Both the position numbers and the translations under genes were made by a program. A DNA stretch of 64,000 bases from an uncultured Gemmatimonadota bacterium (GTDB lineage: Bacteria > Blakebacterota > Blakebacteria > Blakebacterales > Blakebacteraceae): positions 1-64,000 of the forward strand of contig CAZNUA010000017.1 in NCBI GenBank assembly GCA_964576115.1, in the 5' to 3' direction. The notes below the pieces were generated by a model. That model was not told the DNA's origin and ran no database searches. It saw only the letters and a program-made list of their open reading frames with translations. Within the stretch, counting starts at the first letter, position 1, and every line of letters begins with the position of its first letter. This document shows positions 62,383 through 64,000 of this stretch, in pieces.

Positions 62383-63521
62383 AATTCGGTCAGAATCTCC
62401 CGGGAGATCACCAGTAACTGGATCTCGCTGGTACCCTCCCCGATCGTGGTCAGTTTCATGTCCCGCCACATCCGTTCCACCGGGTAGTCCTTCGTGTAGC
62501 CATATCCGCCATGGAGCTGGATCGCCCGGGTCGTGACCCACTGGGCCACCTCCGAGGCATAGTACTTGGCCATGGCTGAACTCTTGATGATGCTCTCACC
62601 GGCATCTTTGCGGCGGGCCGATTCGTAGATCAATCCGCGGGCAGCCTCGATCCGGGTGGCCATTTCGGCCAGCATGAACGCGACGGCCTGGAATTTGGCC
62701 AGGGGCCGGCCGAACTGCTCCCGTTCCTGGGTGAACTTCAGAGCTTCTTCGTAGGCCCCCTGGGCCAGTCCCAGGGCCATGGCGCCGATCGAGATGCGCC
62801 CGCCGTCGAGGATTCTCAGAAATTGCTTGAAGCCCTTTCCAGGTTCTCCCAGCAGGTTCTCGTTCGGGACGCGGGCGTTCTCGAAAACAACTTCGCAGGT
62901 GGTCGAACCGCGGCAGCCGAGTTTGTCGGGGATTTTGTTGACCGTCACTCCCTCGCTGCGCGGATCGATGATGAAGGACGAGATATCGCGGGTTCCCGCG
63001 GTCTGACCGCCGGTGCGGGCGGTGAAAACCATCGTCTCGGCTTCCTTCGCGTTGGTGATCCACAGCTTGGCGCCGTTGACGACCCACTCCTGGCCCTCCT
63101 GCACCGCGGTAGTGCGGGTGGCGCCGGCATCGGACCCGGCATCGGTTTCACTCAGGCCGTAGGCCCCCAGAACCCGCCCGGAAGCCAGAGGTTCGAGGTA
63201 TCGCTCTTTTTGCTCGGGGGTGCCGAAGAGATGCAGCGGCTGGCAGGCCAGCGACACATGAGCCGCCATGATCAGGGCGGTCGAACCGCATACCCGGGCG
63301 ATTTCCTCGATGGCGACGGCATAGCAGAGGGTATCCATGCCGCTGCCGCCGTTCTCTTCGGGGATAGTCATCCCCAACAGGCCGAGGTCGGCCATTTTTT
63401 CGATCGACTCGTGCGGGAAGCGCTCATCCCGGTCGATCTCCGCAGCCAGCGGTTTGAGTTCATTTTCGGCGAAACTGCGGACCATTTCCTGGAGCATGCG
63501 GGCGTCTTCAGTCAGGTGCAC
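62379..63521 (-). CDS. Acyl-CoA dehydrogenase
   Basis: YGLSETDAGSD, GGRISIGA, QLHGGYGY, IGEGTSE; AAGGAG SD before GTG 63521. Confidence 0.93.
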   Translation of the reverse strand: MHLTEDARMLQEMVRSFAENELKPLAAEIDRDERFPHESIEKMADLGLLGMTIPEENGGSGMDTLCYAVAIEEIARVCGSTALIMAAHVSLACQPLHLFGTPEQKERYLEPLASGRVLGAYGLSETDAGSDAGATRTTAVQEGQEWVVNGAKLWITNAKEAETMVFTARTGGQTAGTRDISSFIIDPRSEGVTVNKIPDKLGCRGSTTCEVVFENARVPNENLLGEPGKGFKQFLRILDGGRISIGAMALGLAQGAYEEALKFTQEREQFGRPLAKFQAVAFMLAEMATRIEAARGLIYESARRKDAGESIIKSSAMAKYYASEVAQWVTTRAIQLHGGYGYTKDYPVERMWRDMKLTTIGEGTSEIQLLVISREILTEL

Positions 63522-63556
63522 ATCCAGCTCCTTTTCACGTCCCGGTTCATGTACAT

Positions 63557-64000
63557 TCACGGCGCCGAGGGACGCAGATCCCTCAGGCGCAACTGGGGTC
63601 GGGTAATACCTCTGAATTCGTTCTCTTCGAACGCAAAGACCAGGTCGACCTCGCCCCGTTCGGTCTCGTCGATCCGTTCTCCCAGATTGAAACCGATGGC
63701 ATCGATCGGTCTTCCGTTCTCCGATTTGACCTGCATCTTGAGGTGGCAACCGTCCGAGCCGACCCGCCGGGCGCCGGCGGCCAGGCGGGCGTTGCGGGTC
63801 AGAAAGACCGGTCGGCGGTTGCGGGCTCCGAAAGGCTCGAGGCGCTTGAGCCCGGTCAGCAGATCCTGTGTCAGATCGTCTATTGCAACCTCACAATCCA
63901 CCTTCAGAGTCGGACCGATGTCGTTGTCGACCAAGTGCTTGCGGGCAACGCCCTCGAAGGCCTGGGTGAATTCGTCGAGCCGGTCGCGGCAGATATTCAG
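63557..64000 (-). CDS. recJ: ssDNA exonuclease RecJ, C-terminal part (partial)
   Basis: LKRLEPFGARNRRPVF, HLK, DAIGF, NEFRG..PQL..D typical of the RecJ C-terminal OB region. Confidence 0.85.
   Translation of the reverse strand: MNICRDRLDEFTQAFEGVARKHLVDNDIGPTLKVDCEVAIDDLTQDLLTGLKRLEPFGARNRRPVFLTRNARLAAGARRVGSDGCHLKMQVKSENGRPIDAIGFNLGERIDETERGEVDLVFAFEENEFRGITRPQLRLRDLRPSAP

Overview
GC-rich bacterial chromosomal segment with two 100-N scaffold gaps (1737-1836 and 45891-45990), as in a draft genome or MAG. Gene content (FlgD-Ig/T9SS-like C-terminal domain proteins, beta-propeller proteins, pilB-T-C-S-R, scpAB) suggests an FCB-group or related candidate lineage; this is inference. It is mostly housekeeping DNA: era, type IV pilus genes, a tRNA nucleotidyltransferase, xerD, uvrC, recN, comM, purF, rnr, mutS, miaB, rpsA-cmk-rluB-scpBA-trpS, comEC, and a methionine lyase/methylmalonyl-CoA/acyl-CoA cluster ending in partial recJ. 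The main non-coding signal is a 28-bp dif (Xer) site at 3066-3093, probably the replication terminus: 45 of the 50 genes I call to its right point towards it, and a lower-GC orphan lipoprotein gene sits next to it. Other points of interest: a secreted metalloprotease in the usual pilA position; an archaeal-type geranylgeranyl reductase plus a CTP-dependent isoprenoid kinase; apparently domain-stripped RNase R, ComEC and A-adding enzyme; an SLC12-like cation-chloride cotransporter; an antisense promoter; and a homopolymer frameshift. I found no rRNA, tRNA, CRISPR array, transposase or prophage. All calls come from reading motifs by eye; no searches were run.
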